Assembly (NCBI GenBank): GCA_030390025.1
Contig: CM059431.1
Coordinates: forward strand, 148,058,001-148,122,000
DNA length: 64,000 nucleotides
From: Squalus acanthias
Taxonomy: Eukaryota
Direction: 5' to 3'
Shown: piece by piece, positions 11,535-24,434 of the stretch
Layout: the number at the start of each line of letters is the position of its first letter
How positions within the stretch are numbered: the first letter of the stretch is position 1
Notes under the pieces: generated by a model
Seen by the model: the letters and a program-made list of their open reading frames with translations, nothing else
Databases searched by the model: none
What the model was told of the DNA's origin: nothing
Made by a program: the position numbers and the translations under genes

Positions 11535-14500
11535 AATATAAGTACATAAGAAATAGGAGCAGGAATAGGCCACTTGGCCCCTCGAGCCTGCTCCGACATT
11601 CAATAAGAGCATGGCTGATCTAGGGCTCAAAGCCACTTCCCAGCCCGCTCACCATAACTCTTCACTCCCTTATCTTGCAAAATAGTTTCTATCTCCACTT
11701 TATATGCGTTTAATGACCCAGCCTCCACAGCTCTCTGGGGCAGAGAATTCCACAGATTTACGACCCTCTGAGAGAAGAAGTTCCTCCTCATCTCAGTTCT
11801 AAAAGTGCGACCCTTTATTCTGAGACTGTGCCCCCGAATTCTAGATTTTCCCATGAGGGGAAACATCCTCTCTGAATCTACCCTGTCGAGCCCCCTCAGA
11901 ATCTCAACTGTTTCGATAAGATAACCTCTCATTCCTCTAAATTCCAATGAGTATAGGCCCAGCCTGCTCAACCTTTCCTCATAATTCAAACCCCTCATCC
12001 ATGGAATTAACCTAATGAATCGTCCCTGAACTGCCTCCAATGCAACTATATCCCTCCTTAAATAAGGAGACCAAAACTGTACGCAGTTCTCAAGATGTGG
12101 TCTCACCAATACCATGTACAGTTGTAGCAGGACTTCCCTGCTTGTATACACCAACCCCCTTGAAATAAAGGCCAACATTCATTTTGATTACTTGCTGTAC
12201 CTGCAAACTAACTTTTTGTGGTAAATGCACAAGGAGCCCCAAGTCTTTCTTAACTGTAGCATTTTGTAATCTCCTCTCCTTTAAAATAATAGTTTGCTTT
12301 TTTATTTTTCCTGCCAAAGTGGATAACCTCGCACTTTCCCACCTTAAACTCCATCTGCCAAATGTTTGCCCACTCACCTAGCCTGTTTAAATCAATTTGC
12401 AGATTCTTTGAGTCCTCTGCACAACTTGCTTTCCCACCCAGCTTTGTATCATCTGCAAATTTGGCTACATTACTCTCGATCCCTTCATCAAAGTCATTAA
12501 TGTAGATGTAAATAGTTGGGGCCGCAGCACCCATCCTTTTGGCACCCCATTAGTTCCCGTTTGCCAAACAGAAAATGACCCATTTATCCCCACTCTCTGC
12601 TTTCTGTTTGTTAGCCAATTCTCTATCCATGCTAATATATTACCCCCAACTCCGTGTCCTCTTATCTTATGCAGTAATCTTTTATATGACACCTTATCGA
12701 ATGCCTTCTCGAGATCCAAATACACCACATCCACTGGCTCATCCTTGTCCACCCTGCTTGTTGCATCCTCAAAGAACTCCAGCAAATTTGTTAAACTTGA
12801 TTTACTTTTCCTAAAACCATGCTGACTCTGTTTGACTGCACTATGTTTTGCTAATTGCCCTGCTACTGCTTCCTTATTGAAGGACTCCAGCATTTTCCCA
12901 TCGACAGATGTTAGGCTAACTGATCTATAGTTTCCTGCTTTCTGTCTCCCTCCTTTCTTAAATAGGGGTGTTACATTAGCGGTTTTCCAATCCGCTGGGA
13001 CCTCTCCAGAGTCCAAGGACTTTTGGTATATTCCAACCAATGCATCCAGTATCTCTGCAACCACTTATTTTTAAGACCGTGGGATGCAGGCCATCTGGTC
13101 CAGGGGACTTGTCGTCTTTTAGTCCCATTATTTTACTGAGTGGGATAGTGATTTTCTTCAGTTTCCCACTCGCTGTGGCCCCTTGATTATCCATTATTGG
13201 GAGGTTGTTGGTGTATTCTACAGTGAAGACAGATACAAAATATTTGTTCAGAGTCTCTGCCATTTCACCGTTCCCCATTATTAATTCCCCAGTCTCATCC
13301 TCTAAGGGACCAACATTTACTTTAGCTACTCTCTTCCTTTTTATATACCTGTAGAAGCTCTTACTAACCGGTTAAATGATTCTTGCCAGCTTACTCTCAT
13401 AATTCATCTTGTATTTCTTTATTATATTTGATGTCATCCTTTGCTGGTTTTTAAAAATGTCCCAATCCTCTGGTCTCCCACCAATCTTGGCAACATTGTA
13501 TGCTTTCATTTTCAATTTGATCCCATCCTTTACTTCCTTAGTTAGCCACTGATGGTGGTCCCTTCTGTTAAAATCTTTCTTTCTCCCTGGAATATATTTT
13601 TCTTGAGAGTTATGAAATATCTCCTTAAATGTCCGCCACTGCACAACAACTTTCTTACCCTGTAAATAGTTTTTCTAGTCTACTTTAGCCAGTTCTGCCC
13701 TCATGCCATTATAATTGCCTTTGTTTAAGATCAGGACATTGGTTTGGGATACAACTTTCTCACCCTCCAACTGAATTTGAGATTCAACCATGCTGTGATC
13801 ACTCTTTCCTAGATGATCGTCTACTATGAGAGCATTTATAAATTCTCTCTCATTACATAGTACCAGATCTAAGATAGCCTGCTCCCTGGTTGGTTCCATT
13901 ATATACTGTTCTAGGAAAACATCCCGGATGCACTCTATTAACTCCTCCTCCAGGCTACCATGGCCAATTTGATGTGTCCAATCAATATGGAGATTAAAAT
14001 CACCCATGATTATTTCCGTACCACTTTTTTACAGGCCTCCATTATTTGTTGATTGATACTCTATCCAACAACATTGCTACTGTTCGGGGGCCTGTAGACT
14101 ACGCCCCCCGCCACCGCCAGAGACTTTTTCCCCTTATTATTTTTTACCTATACCCAAACCGATTCTGCATCTTGATCTTCTGAGCCAATAGCACTTCTCA
14201 CCACTGCACTGATCCCATCTTTTACAAACAAAACCACCCCACCTCCCTTTCCTTTCTTTCTATGTTTCCGAATTATCATATACCCTGGAATATTCAGTTC
14301 CCAGCCCTGGTGGCCTTGCAACCACGTCAATGTAATGGTGATCAGATCATACCCATTTGTATGTATTTGTGCCGTCAACTCATTTATCTTGTTACGAATG
14401 CTGCGTGCACACAGATATAGAGCTTTCAACTTTGTCTTTTTAACAGTTTTCCTTGTTCTGGCCTTTTTTTCTGTTACACTCTTATTTTTAATCAGTCAGT

Positions 14501-14895
14501 CCCTTCCTGTCATACTCTGGTTATTAATTCACCCGTCTCCAGCCTGCTCTATTGCTTTCTCATTTCTCATTTATGTTAATTTTCCTGCTCATCTAGATCC
14601 CCCCCCCTCCCCCACAAATCGAAACCCATTTCTCCCACACCAGTCTTTGAGCCACTCGTTCATTTGTCTGATCTTATTTACCCGATGCAAATTCGCTCGT
14701 GGCTCAGGTAGTAATCCAGAGTTTATTACCTTTGTGGTTCTGCTTTTTAATTTAACCCCTCGCTGGTCATACACTCTCAGCTGAACCTCTTTCTTTGTCC
14801 AACCTATGTCATTGGTACCTCCGTGGACCATGACAACTGGATCTTCCCCTTCCCACTCCAAGTTTCTCTCCAACCCAGTGGAGATGTCATAAACT
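11535..14895 (-). mobile_element. Degenerate CR1 LINE (partial ORF1 plus ORF2)
   Basis: ORF1 esterase fragment at 14873-14589, APE and RT fragments from 14429 to 11627, and a CR1 3' UTR. Confidence 0.92.
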
Positions 14896-14897
14896 TG

Positions 14898-15110
14898 GTT
14901 ATGATGTTTTATGAATGGTCATAATGATTTATAAAGGGTTATGATGTTTTATGAATGATCATAATGGTTTATAAAGGGTTGTAATGATTTATTAGTGGTC
15001 ATTATGAGTTAGAAAGGTTTAAAATGTTTTCTTGATGGTCTTAATGATTTACAAAGGTTATGATGTTTAGTTAATAGCCATAATGATTCATAAAGGATTA
15101 TGATGTTTTG
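14898..15110. repeat. ~40-bp AT-rich tandem repeat
   Basis: atgatgttttatgaatggtcataatgatttataaagggtt, about 5 copies. A related unit at ~10575 suggests the array was split by the LINE insertions. Confidence 0.75.
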
Positions 15111-15124
15111 TTAATTGTCATTAA

Positions 15125-15535
15125 TGCTCGCCCTCGCCGCCCGCCCGTTCTCAGGGTAACCAGGCCTCCCGCTACTGCCGCCCTCCGGACTCTGGCCTTC
15201 CGCAACCGCTCCGCGGCCTCGCTTCTGGGAAAGGGGAAACCTCAATTTCGGCAATCGACCCAGGGGGAAGCCCCCGACAGAGAGAGAGAGAGAGAGAGAG
15301 AGCGACAGACGCCATCTTTGTGCGGGGCGCCATTGCCGCCATCTTTGAATGCGGCCGGTTCCGCTTTTTTGCTCATTGAGCGGCGCCGCCATCTTTGCCG
15401 AGGGCAGGGCTGCCGCCAGCTGAGTACGGGCGGGAATTGCGCTGCGTTAGGAGGCGCGTTTGGGGTCGGCCATCTTTGTCTAGGGCACTGCTGCCTTTCC
15501 AGAGGGGCCTGACAGATGGCCGCGCCCCTCACAGG
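15125..15535. promoter_or_regulatory. CpG-rich island with clustered YY1-type GCCATCTT motifs
   Basis: GCCATCTTT at 15311, 15338, 15388 and 15469, plus an inverted CAGATGGCCGC at 15513. CpG density is high compared with the flanks. Confidence 0.45.
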
Positions 15536-16749
15536 GAGCCCAGTGGAGACAGTGTGTGAGTGAGCGTGTTAATGTCCCCAGATCACTGGCGGCTCACTCA
15601 AAATATCAGGCCCAGGGAACTCTCAGGCTGCAAAGTCTCCGCTTCTTCTCATCCTTTAATGAATTTTACAATCAGATTAAAGGGATATATCCCCACATTC
15701 TTCAACTGCTCTCTGAACTTAGTCTGGGTCACGGCATAAATCCCAGTGTTTGTGCAGCAACTCAGCAGCTGCAGCATCAGTGCTATTTTCTGTACATAAA
15801 GAGGTAGAGATACAGAATGATACTCCGAATACCACAACCGGTTCTAGATATAAATCACCATAAACATTGCCCATAACAGGATGAAATTGCCGGAGATAAC
15901 AAGCAGTAAAATGATGGATTTCCTGCGGCTCTCCATCTCTGGGTCTCTGGGACTCTCCCCACTGCTGGGACCCCGGAGTCTCCTGCGGGCTCTGCTGGCC
16001 ACTAAAATGTGTCTGACGGTGACAGCATTGAGCAGCAGAATCACAAAAAATGGGACGCCCGGGGTGAGAAGATAATGAACGAGCTCGATTGCACCCCAGA
16101 CCCGTGAAATCATCACAGTGTATGTTACCTCACAAAACCACGGGGTGTTCTGAAGCCGATACCGATCTTTCAACGAAAAATACCAAAAGATATTCTTTAA
16201 ACAGCTCAGTACAGTCACTTTTCCCAGAACCACAGCCGCCGTTTTCTCGTTGCAATATTTAGTTTTCAGCTTCTGGAGACAAATGGCCACAAATCGATCA
16301 AAGGTGAAAGTGACGGTGAACCAGACAGAACAGTCTGTGGCTGCATAAAGCAGGACCGCGTGGATATTACACACGCGGATGGAACGCAGGAAAATAAACT
16401 GTCTCCAATAAGCAATCGGAATCTGCCTCAATATCAGGTCGAAGACAACGATCAGTAGATCCGCCGCTGCCATGGCCACCAGGTAGGGAGTGACACATTT
16501 GGATAGACCGCACTTTCCGCGAGACAGGATCACAATCGTCACTAAGTTCACTGTGAGGAAGGGAAATAAACACGGAAATTATACATCAGGCTGGGAGCAA
16601 GAGCAGCAGATTGAAGGAATTCGGGGAGAAATATGCGAATCAATAGCGACATTAAATGATACAATCTAATTCTATTACCCGTGGAGCTGAATACAGGGTT
16701 TATTGTAAGAATAATCGGGAATAAATTGTTGAATCAATAAATGAATTGT

Positions 16750-19700
16750 TGATACATGCAACAGGATTCTGAGAGGGTTGTGGATAACACATTTAGTGAG
16801 TTGGTCACACCGCAGGTTAAGGCCAGCGTAGATAGTACATGGGTGACCAAAAGGCAGAGCAAGGGCAGGAAGGTAGTGCAGAAATCCCCTGGGGTTGTCT
16901 CCCTTAGCAACAGGTTCACCGCCTTAGGTGCTGTTGTCGGGGGGGATGACTCATCGGGGGAAGGCACCAGCAGCCAGGCTCATGGCACCATGACTGGCTC
17001 GGTTGCAAAGAAGGGAGGGAAAAAGAGTGGCAGGGCTATAGTAATAGGGGATTCGATTGTAAGGGGAATAGATAGGGGTTTCTGTGGTCGCGACCGAGAC
17101 TCCAGGATGGTATGTTGCCTCCCTGGTGCAAGGGTCAAGGATGTCTCGGCGCGGGTGCAGAACATTCTGGAGGGGGAGGGGGAACAGCCAGTTGTCGTGA
17201 TACATGTTGGTACCAACGACGTAGCTAAAAAAGGGGAAGAGGTCCTACAAGTAGAATTTAGGGAGTTAGGAGCCAAGCTAAAAAGTAGGACCTCGAAGGT
17301 AGTAATCTCTGGATTACTACCAGTGCCACGTGCTAGTAAGAGTACAGAGAACAGGATAGTTAGGCTAAATACGTGGCTTGAGCAGTGGTGTAAGAGGGAG
17401 GGTTTTAAATTTTTGAGGCATTGGAACCAGTTTTGTGGTAGGTGTGACCTATACAAAAGGGACGGTCTACACCTGTGCAAAGATGGAACTGATGTTCTCG
17501 GGGTAATTTTTGATAAAGCAGTTCGGGAGCATTTAAACTAGTATGGCAGGGGGCTAGAAACCTATGTAGTGAAATAGAGGAAAGTGAAAGGCAGACAGAA
17601 ATAAATGGTAAAAGGGTGAGGAACAAAAAACAAAGGGCCAAACTAATTCATAAAAAATGTGAGCATAAAAAAAGCCTGAGGGTTTTATACCTTAATGCGA
17701 GAAGCATCAGGAACAAGGTAGATGAATTAGCTGTGGAAATAGAGGTTAATAATTATGATCTAATTGGGATTACGGAAACATGGTTGCAGGGTGAGCAGGG
17801 CTGGGAGCTTAACATACAGGGGTATTCAGTACTTAGGAAGGATCGACAAAAAAGAAAGGGAGGAGGGGTAGCATTGCTGGTAAAAGAAGGGATAAATGCA
17901 ATTGAAAGGAAGGATATTAACTCAGTTAATACAGAATCTATATGGGTGGAGCTAAGAAATAGCGAGGGGCGAAAAACATTAATAGGAGTGGTATATAGGC
18001 CTCCAAATAGTAAAATAGAGGTTGGGGAGGGCATCACGAGGGAAATTAGAGAAGCGTGCAATAAGAGCACAGCTGTCATCATAGGTGACTTTAACTTACA
18101 TATAGATTGGAATAGCCTAATCAGTAAAAATAATGAGGAGGAGGAATTCCTTGAGTGTTTAAGGGATGGTTATCTGGATCAATATGTCGAGGAACCAACT
18201 CGGGAACAGGCTATATTGGACTGGGTACTGTGCAATGAGAAGGGACTAATTAGTAATCTTGTTGTACGGGGACCCTTGGGTCAGAGCGATCATAACATGA
18301 TCGATTTCTCACTCGAAATGGAGAGCGAAGAAATTGACTCAGATACTAAGGTCCTGAATTTAAACAAGGGGAATTATGATGCCATTAGACGGGAACTGAG
18401 TAGGTCTGATTGGACAACGTTCCTGGGAGGACTGGAGGTAGATAAACAATGGCAAGCATTTAAAGATAGAATGACAAAATTGCAAAAATTGTTTATACCA
18501 ATCTGGCATAAAAGGAAATCTAAAAAGGTGACTCAACCGTGGATAACAGGGGAAATTAGAGACAGCATAAAATCCAAAGATAGGGCGTATAAAATAGCCA
18601 AAAAAAGCGCCAGAGCGGAAGATTGGGAACAGTTTAAGATAGAGCAAAGGAGGACAAAGGGCTTAATCAAGAGGGGCAAAATAGCTTACGAAAGCAAGCT
18701 GGCGGAAAATATAAAAACTAACTCCAAAAGCTTTTATAAGTATATCAAGAGGAAAAGACTGGTGAAAACCAAAGTTGGCCCATTGCAGTCAGATACGGGG
18801 GAATATATAACGGGAAATAAGGAAATGGCAGACCAACTAAATGCATACTTTGGGTCAGTCTTTACGAAGGAAGACACAAAAAACCTCCCTGGGATATCGG
18901 GAAAAATAGGGACATTTGCAAAGGAGGAACTGACGCAAGTCAATATCTCTAAGGATATGGTGTTAAGGAAGCTAAAGGGATTGAAGGCGGACAAATCCCC
19001 AGGGCCTGATAACATGCATCCTAGGGTGCTGAAGGAGGTGGCCCTAGAGATAGCGGATGCACTAAGTATGATTTTTCAGAATTCATTAGACTCGGGAACA
19101 GTGCCCATGGATTGGAGGGTAGCTAACGTTACCCCACTATTCAAAAAGGGGGGTAGGGAAAAAGCAGGTAATTACAGACCTGTAAGCCTTACATCAGTTG
19201 TGGGCAAAATGCTGGAGTCCATCATTAAGGATGAAATAGCGGAGCACTTAGCAAATGGGGACAGGATAGGACAGAGTCAACATGGATTTACAAAGGGTAA
19301 ATCGTGCTTGACTAATCTATTGGAATTTTTTGAGGGAGTAACTGGTAAAATAGATGGGGGAGAGCCAGTAGATGTGGTGTACCTGGACTTCCAAAAGGCC
19401 TTCGATAAGGTCCCACATAAAAGATTAGCAGGGAAAATTGAAGCTCATGGGATAAAGGGGAAAGTATTGACGTGGATAGAGAACTGGCTGTCAGATAGAA
19501 AACAGAGAGTTGGAATAAACGGCTCATTTTCTGAATGGCAGGCAGTAACAAGTGGGGTACCACAGGGATCTGTCCTGGGTCCCCAGCTGTTCACAATTTA
19601 CATTAATGACCTGGATCAGGGAGTCGGATGCAGCATTTCCAAATTTGCAGACGACACTAAACTAGGAGGGGGGGGTGGGCTCAGAGGAGGAGACCAGGAA

Positions 19701-20583
19701 GCTCCAGAGCGATTTGGACAGACTGGGTGATTGGGCGGATAAATGGCAGATGCACTATAATGTGGACAAGTGCGAAGTTATCCACCTTGGGTGCAGGAAC
19801 GGGAGGGCAAATTATTATTTAAATGGCAATAAATTGGGAGAGGGGGAAGTACAGAGAGACCTGGGTGTTCTTGTACACCAGTCACTGAAGGCGAGCATGC
19901 AGGTGCAACAGGCGGTCAAGAAGGCAAACGGTATGCTGGCCTTCATAGCAAAAGGGTTGGAATACAGGAACAGGGATACCTTGCTGCAGCTGTACAGGGC
20001 ACTGGTGAGACCACACCTCGAGTACTGTGTACAGTTTTGGTCGCCTCATCTGAGGAAAGATGTTCTTGCCATGGAGGGGGTGCAGCGGCGATTCACCAGG
20101 CTGATACCAGGAATGGCGGGATTGACCTATGAGGAGAGACTATGTAGTTTAGGGATGTACACACTGGAGTTTAGAAGATTGAGAGGGGACCTCATAGAAG
20201 TGTATAAAATTCTGACAGGTCTAGACAGACTAGATGCAGAAGGAATGTTTCCCTTGGCGGGTGAGAACAGAACTAGAGGACATAATTTAAGGATAAGGGC
20301 TAAACCATTCAGGACAGAAATGAGGTGGAATTTCTTCACTCAGAGGGTGGTGAACCTATGGAACTCATTGCCACAGAGGGCAGTGTACGCCAGCTCATTA
20401 AATATATTTAAGAGGGAATTAGATATATTTCTACAGGCAAAAGGGGTTAAGGGTTACGGAGAGAAGGCGGGGACGGGATACTGAATTGGAGGATCAGCCA
20501 TGATCTCATTAAATGGCGGAGCAGGCTCGAAGGGCCGGATGGCCGACTCCTGCTCCTATCTTCTATGTATCTATGTATCTATG
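16750..20583 (+). mobile_element. Young CR1 LINE in the GPCR intron (5'-truncated ORF1, near-intact ORF2)
   Basis: ORF1 is at 16756-17541. ORF2 (17616-20484) is broken only by one extra G in a G8 run at ~19668-19675. Tail is (CTATGTAT)n. Confidence 0.95.
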
Positions 20584-21669
20584 AAAGTAACAGATGTTTG
20601 ATCAATGGTAGACCTGCCTTGAACCCAGCAGACAAAAGCACCGCCCGAGGTACCAGGAACTCAAAGGACCAGAACCTCTCAGGAAGCCTTCGTGTCCCGG
20701 GATCAGTCAGCATTTGGAGAGCTGCAATACGCTTCAGTGTCCCTTGTGTTCGGGAGGAGGAAATACCGCTTGGACTCATGCTACTGGTTAGAATATCCTT
20801 TATATTTGAGAACTGAAAATGAAAAGAACAGCAAAATACAGAAACTGCAATCATGTCGTTCAATAATTACAGGCAATTGTATTTAAAATGTACGTCTGTA
20901 ATATGCAAATGCTAAGATAATAAATACAAGTGCACTGCAGTTATCAAGATAACCGGGCTGCAAGAAATCTTTTGAAGATTGAAGTTTCTACATTTATGCT
21001 GAAATACACAAATTCTAGCTCATTGAAAGGAAAATTTTCCAAATAACATAAATAGTGGGAACTGAATTAAAATAAATAGTTATCATGGACCAAGTAATAT
21101 CCGACTCAATGCATTTATTAGCATCATAATCAGGCGAATTATCCAACAGGCAAAGTGATGCCGAGTGTATTTGTAAAGTATCTGAACACAAATGGAATAG
21201 ATTTATCCTTGTACTTTTTTACCTGTTGAATTCCAACTTGTGCAGAGAATATTAGTCGAGAAAATATGAAATGATTTTCTTACCCTCAGTACTTCAGTTA
21301 CAATCAGCTGGGATTGTTTATTCTGCAGTACAGCAGAAGGCAATAGAGAATCACTCTGGGTCTCACTGAGAGATCCACTGAACTGTGACAGACGGGCATG
21401 GGATCCAATTGTAAATTCAAAACAAAGATTGGAAATAAACGCATTGAAATATGTCTGAGTGAATGTTTTTGAGAATGTAAATTATCCTTGTAATCATTTT
21501 CTAACCAACAGAAGCAGTTCCACTAATGCAGAGCATGAGATGGTGGGAAAAGAGACATTGACTGGAACTGAATGAGTCGCGGATATTTAAGATATTTAAA
21601 GATGTGGGTGTGATCTGCCAGGATTTGTTCCTGTGACTCTGTGTCAGTAACCACAACGAGCATTCAGTG

Positions 21670-21805
21670 AAAACAAAAGCAAATTACTGCGAATGTTGGA
21701 AATCTGAAATAAGCACAGAAAATGTTTTCAATACTCAGCAGGTCAGGCAGCATCTATGTAGAGAGAGAGAGTTAACGTTTCAGGTCGATGATCTTTCGTC
21801 ATTTG
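21670..21805 (-). mobile_element. Penelope-like terminal fragment with a degenerate hammerhead core
   Basis: Homologous to ~49783-49910. The - strand reads atgacgaaagatcatcgacctgaaacgttaac. Confidence 0.7.
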
Positions 21806-22542
21806 GTGAAAAGTCTCCTAAACCAAGACAACATTCTTCTGATCTGTTACAAATGTTCAGTGCAGAGAACAGAATGGAATTCGTTAGATAAAGTGTATCG
21901 TCTAAAATAGTTTCTTGTGTTGAATATAGAACAATTGAATCTTGGTTATACTGTATCACCTTCAGAATCAATAGCCGAGAGCAGCGCGGATGGGATGGAG
22001 AATGAGAAGGAGAGAAATACAGTAAAACATGATTTATAGAATGAATAGCTGGAAACAGGCACTTACCAGGGACACCAACAGTAGCGAAGCGCGGGGCAAT
22101 CAGTGACAAGAACAGTAATACAGTGAAACATGATTTACAGAATTAATAGTTGGATACAGAGACTTGCAAGGTACATCAATAGCAGCGAGAATGCGACTGT
22201 CTTTTTGAACAACTCTTGCTTTAACAAAGATGCAACAACTTGAAAGACAGAATACAATTAATAACTGAATTGCCACGGTAAACAGCAACAATAATATTAC
22301 AGTGTAACATGGTTTATAGAATTAATAACTGGACATAGGTTCTTACTAGGAACACCAACAGCAGCGAGGAGCGGATAGAAAATCTGTTGTATATCATTAA
22401 CTATTCCCATCATCCGCATCAGTTCATGATAACTTTCTAAAGCGCTGCTGGAACCCATGCCTTCCCTCTGTCAGAGGCTGGTGGTCTTTGTGCCGGAGGC
22501 AGCGCGCTGATTGTGTGAGGTCACACAGCGAAGGGATCTACT

Positions 22543-22607
22543 TATTTATAGCAGAGAAAAATACCCGAGTGACATAATTAGGCCGAACTGTAACTGACAT
22601 TAATTAC
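22543..22607 (-). promoter_or_regulatory. Core promoter of GPCR 1 (TATA box plus homeodomain-type TAATTA sites)
   Basis: TATAAATA at 22550-22543, about 85 bp upstream of the ATG. CTAATTATG at 22581-22573 and GTAATTAATG at 22607-22598. Confidence 0.6.
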
Positions 22608-22739
22608 AGTCACTGAACAAACAGACACATTGAACCATTGTCACCACAACAATTCACTGCCACACAATCTGAAGTAGCTGAGTTTTCATCTTCTCTGAAC
22701 AGAATTTTATACATTGCTAGAAATAGATTTCATTCCATT

Positions 22740-23675
22740 CGGGCTCAGTTTGAGTATCCAGTGAATAGCTGAGCCACACGGAGCAGGAAAGGCGCAGGCT
22801 CCATCCCCGGCCTGTGCCGAATGATTCAGATCTCACCTGGTGTGGTGCTGAGCCGCACAAACACAAAGCATTGAAGGCCCAGGTTACAACCTCGGCCTGT
22901 GCTGAGTTAGCCTGATCTCACACACGGTGTGGTACTGAGCCCACACACAAACACACACAAAGCATGGAAGGTCCAGGCTACAACGTCGGCCTGTGCTAAG
23001 TGAATCTAATCTGACACCCGGTGTGATACTGAGCCCCAGACACATAGAGCAAGAAAGGCCCAGGCTCCATCCTCGCGCTGTGGTGAATGAGCTGATCTCA
23101 CACCCGGTGTGGTACTGAGCTCCACACACACAGAGCAGGAAAGGCCCAGTCTCCATCCCCGGCCTGTGCTCAGTGACTCTAATCCCACACACGCTGTGGT
23201 CCTGAGCCCCACACACACAGACAGAGCAGGAAAGGCCCAGGCTCCAGCCCCGGCACTTGGTAAGTGAATCTAATCCCGCACCCGGTGTGGTACTGAGCCC
23301 CACACACACAGACAGAGCAGGAAAGGCCCAGGCTCCATCTCCGGTCTGTGGTAAGTGAATCTAATCCCGCACCCGGTGTGGACTTGAGCCCCACATACAC
23401 AGACAGAGCAGGAAAGGAAAGGCTCCATCCCCGGTCTCTGCTGAGTGAGCTCATCTCACACCCGGTGTGGTAACGAGCCCCACCCGCAGAGCAGGAAATG
23501 CCCAGGCTCCATTCCCGGCCTGAGCTGTGTTAGCCTGATGTCATCCAGTGTGGTACTGAGCCCCCCACACACATTGCAGGAAAGGCCTAGGCTCCATCCA
23601 TGGCCTGTGCTGAGTTAGCCTGATCCCCCACCCAGTGTGGTACTGAGCCCCACATTCACACACAGTGCAGGAAGT
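22740..23675 (+). repeat. ~85-bp tandem array, apparently derived from a tRNA-SINE head
   Basis: The unit is gtgtggtactgagcccca(ca)n gagcaggaaaggcccaggctccatccccggcctgtgctgagt...gatctcacacccg, about 11 copies. caggctccatcccc resembles a decayed B-box (GGTTCGATCCC). Confidence 0.75.
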
Positions 23676-24434
23676 TCCAAAGCCAGAGTTGGACAGCAAA
23701 ATCGTCTAGCATTCTTATTCTGCTGTTAGAATCTAGGGGTGCCTAAAATACTTATGGTTATTCGAATGAAGCTGTGACAGGATAATACTGTGTTTAAATG
23801 CTGTATTTTTTTTACTGCAGCCACGTAAGGGTTTAATGTGTAGGTTGTGTCTTACTGGAACTGTGCAAGTTTCGATTTCCTCACAAACTTGTATTAGAGT
23901 TTGAGACAGCGTTTTTAGTTAGTCAGATTAGATGATGCACAATATCCCACAAAAAAGACACACAGCATGACCTTGCCTCCCAGGATTAGCTGTCTGTTGT
24001 TTGTAAATTAGGATTTTGACACCACAGCCCAATTCCACTCCACCCCTCCCACTGCACCTCCATTCCACTGCTCCCCACCCATACCCCACACTCGGCACAC
24101 CCTACACCCCACCCAATGCACCCCTACCCCCACCCACTACACCCCAACATCAAACCACCGCACCCCACCCCACCCTTGACAAGCCCTGATCTTCCGGTTG
24201 TGTCCATTTATTTCTTCCTATCTTGCTCCGCATTTTCATCTTTCAGCTTCAGCGGGAGCTCCTTTCACGGGAAGTGCTCTTTCGGCATGTCTCGTACCTG
24301 GGAACGGAAGCAAATCACCCGGTGAGGAGTCAGGTACGCTACAGAGAGATCTCAGTTACACTGCACCTTAGCTGGGAGTCTAAGGAACCATTTCCAAGCC
24401 CCTAACATAAAGGGAATCCCATCCCCTTAACACA

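Larger units (their letters stand above)
15649..22458 (-). pseudogene. GPR139/GPR142-like class A GPCR, two exons (22458-22347 and 16550-15649), with one in-frame TAG at 15846-15844
   Basis: Exon 1 encodes MGSSSALESYHELMRMMGIVNDIQQIFYPLLAAVGVP and ends at A|GTAAGA. The phase-1 acceptor is ttcctcacag|TG. Exon 2 contains YLVAMAAADL, FTFDRFVAIC, DPEMESRRKS and SCCTNTGIY. The frame continues past the TAG to a TGA at 15651-15649. Confidence 0.85.
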
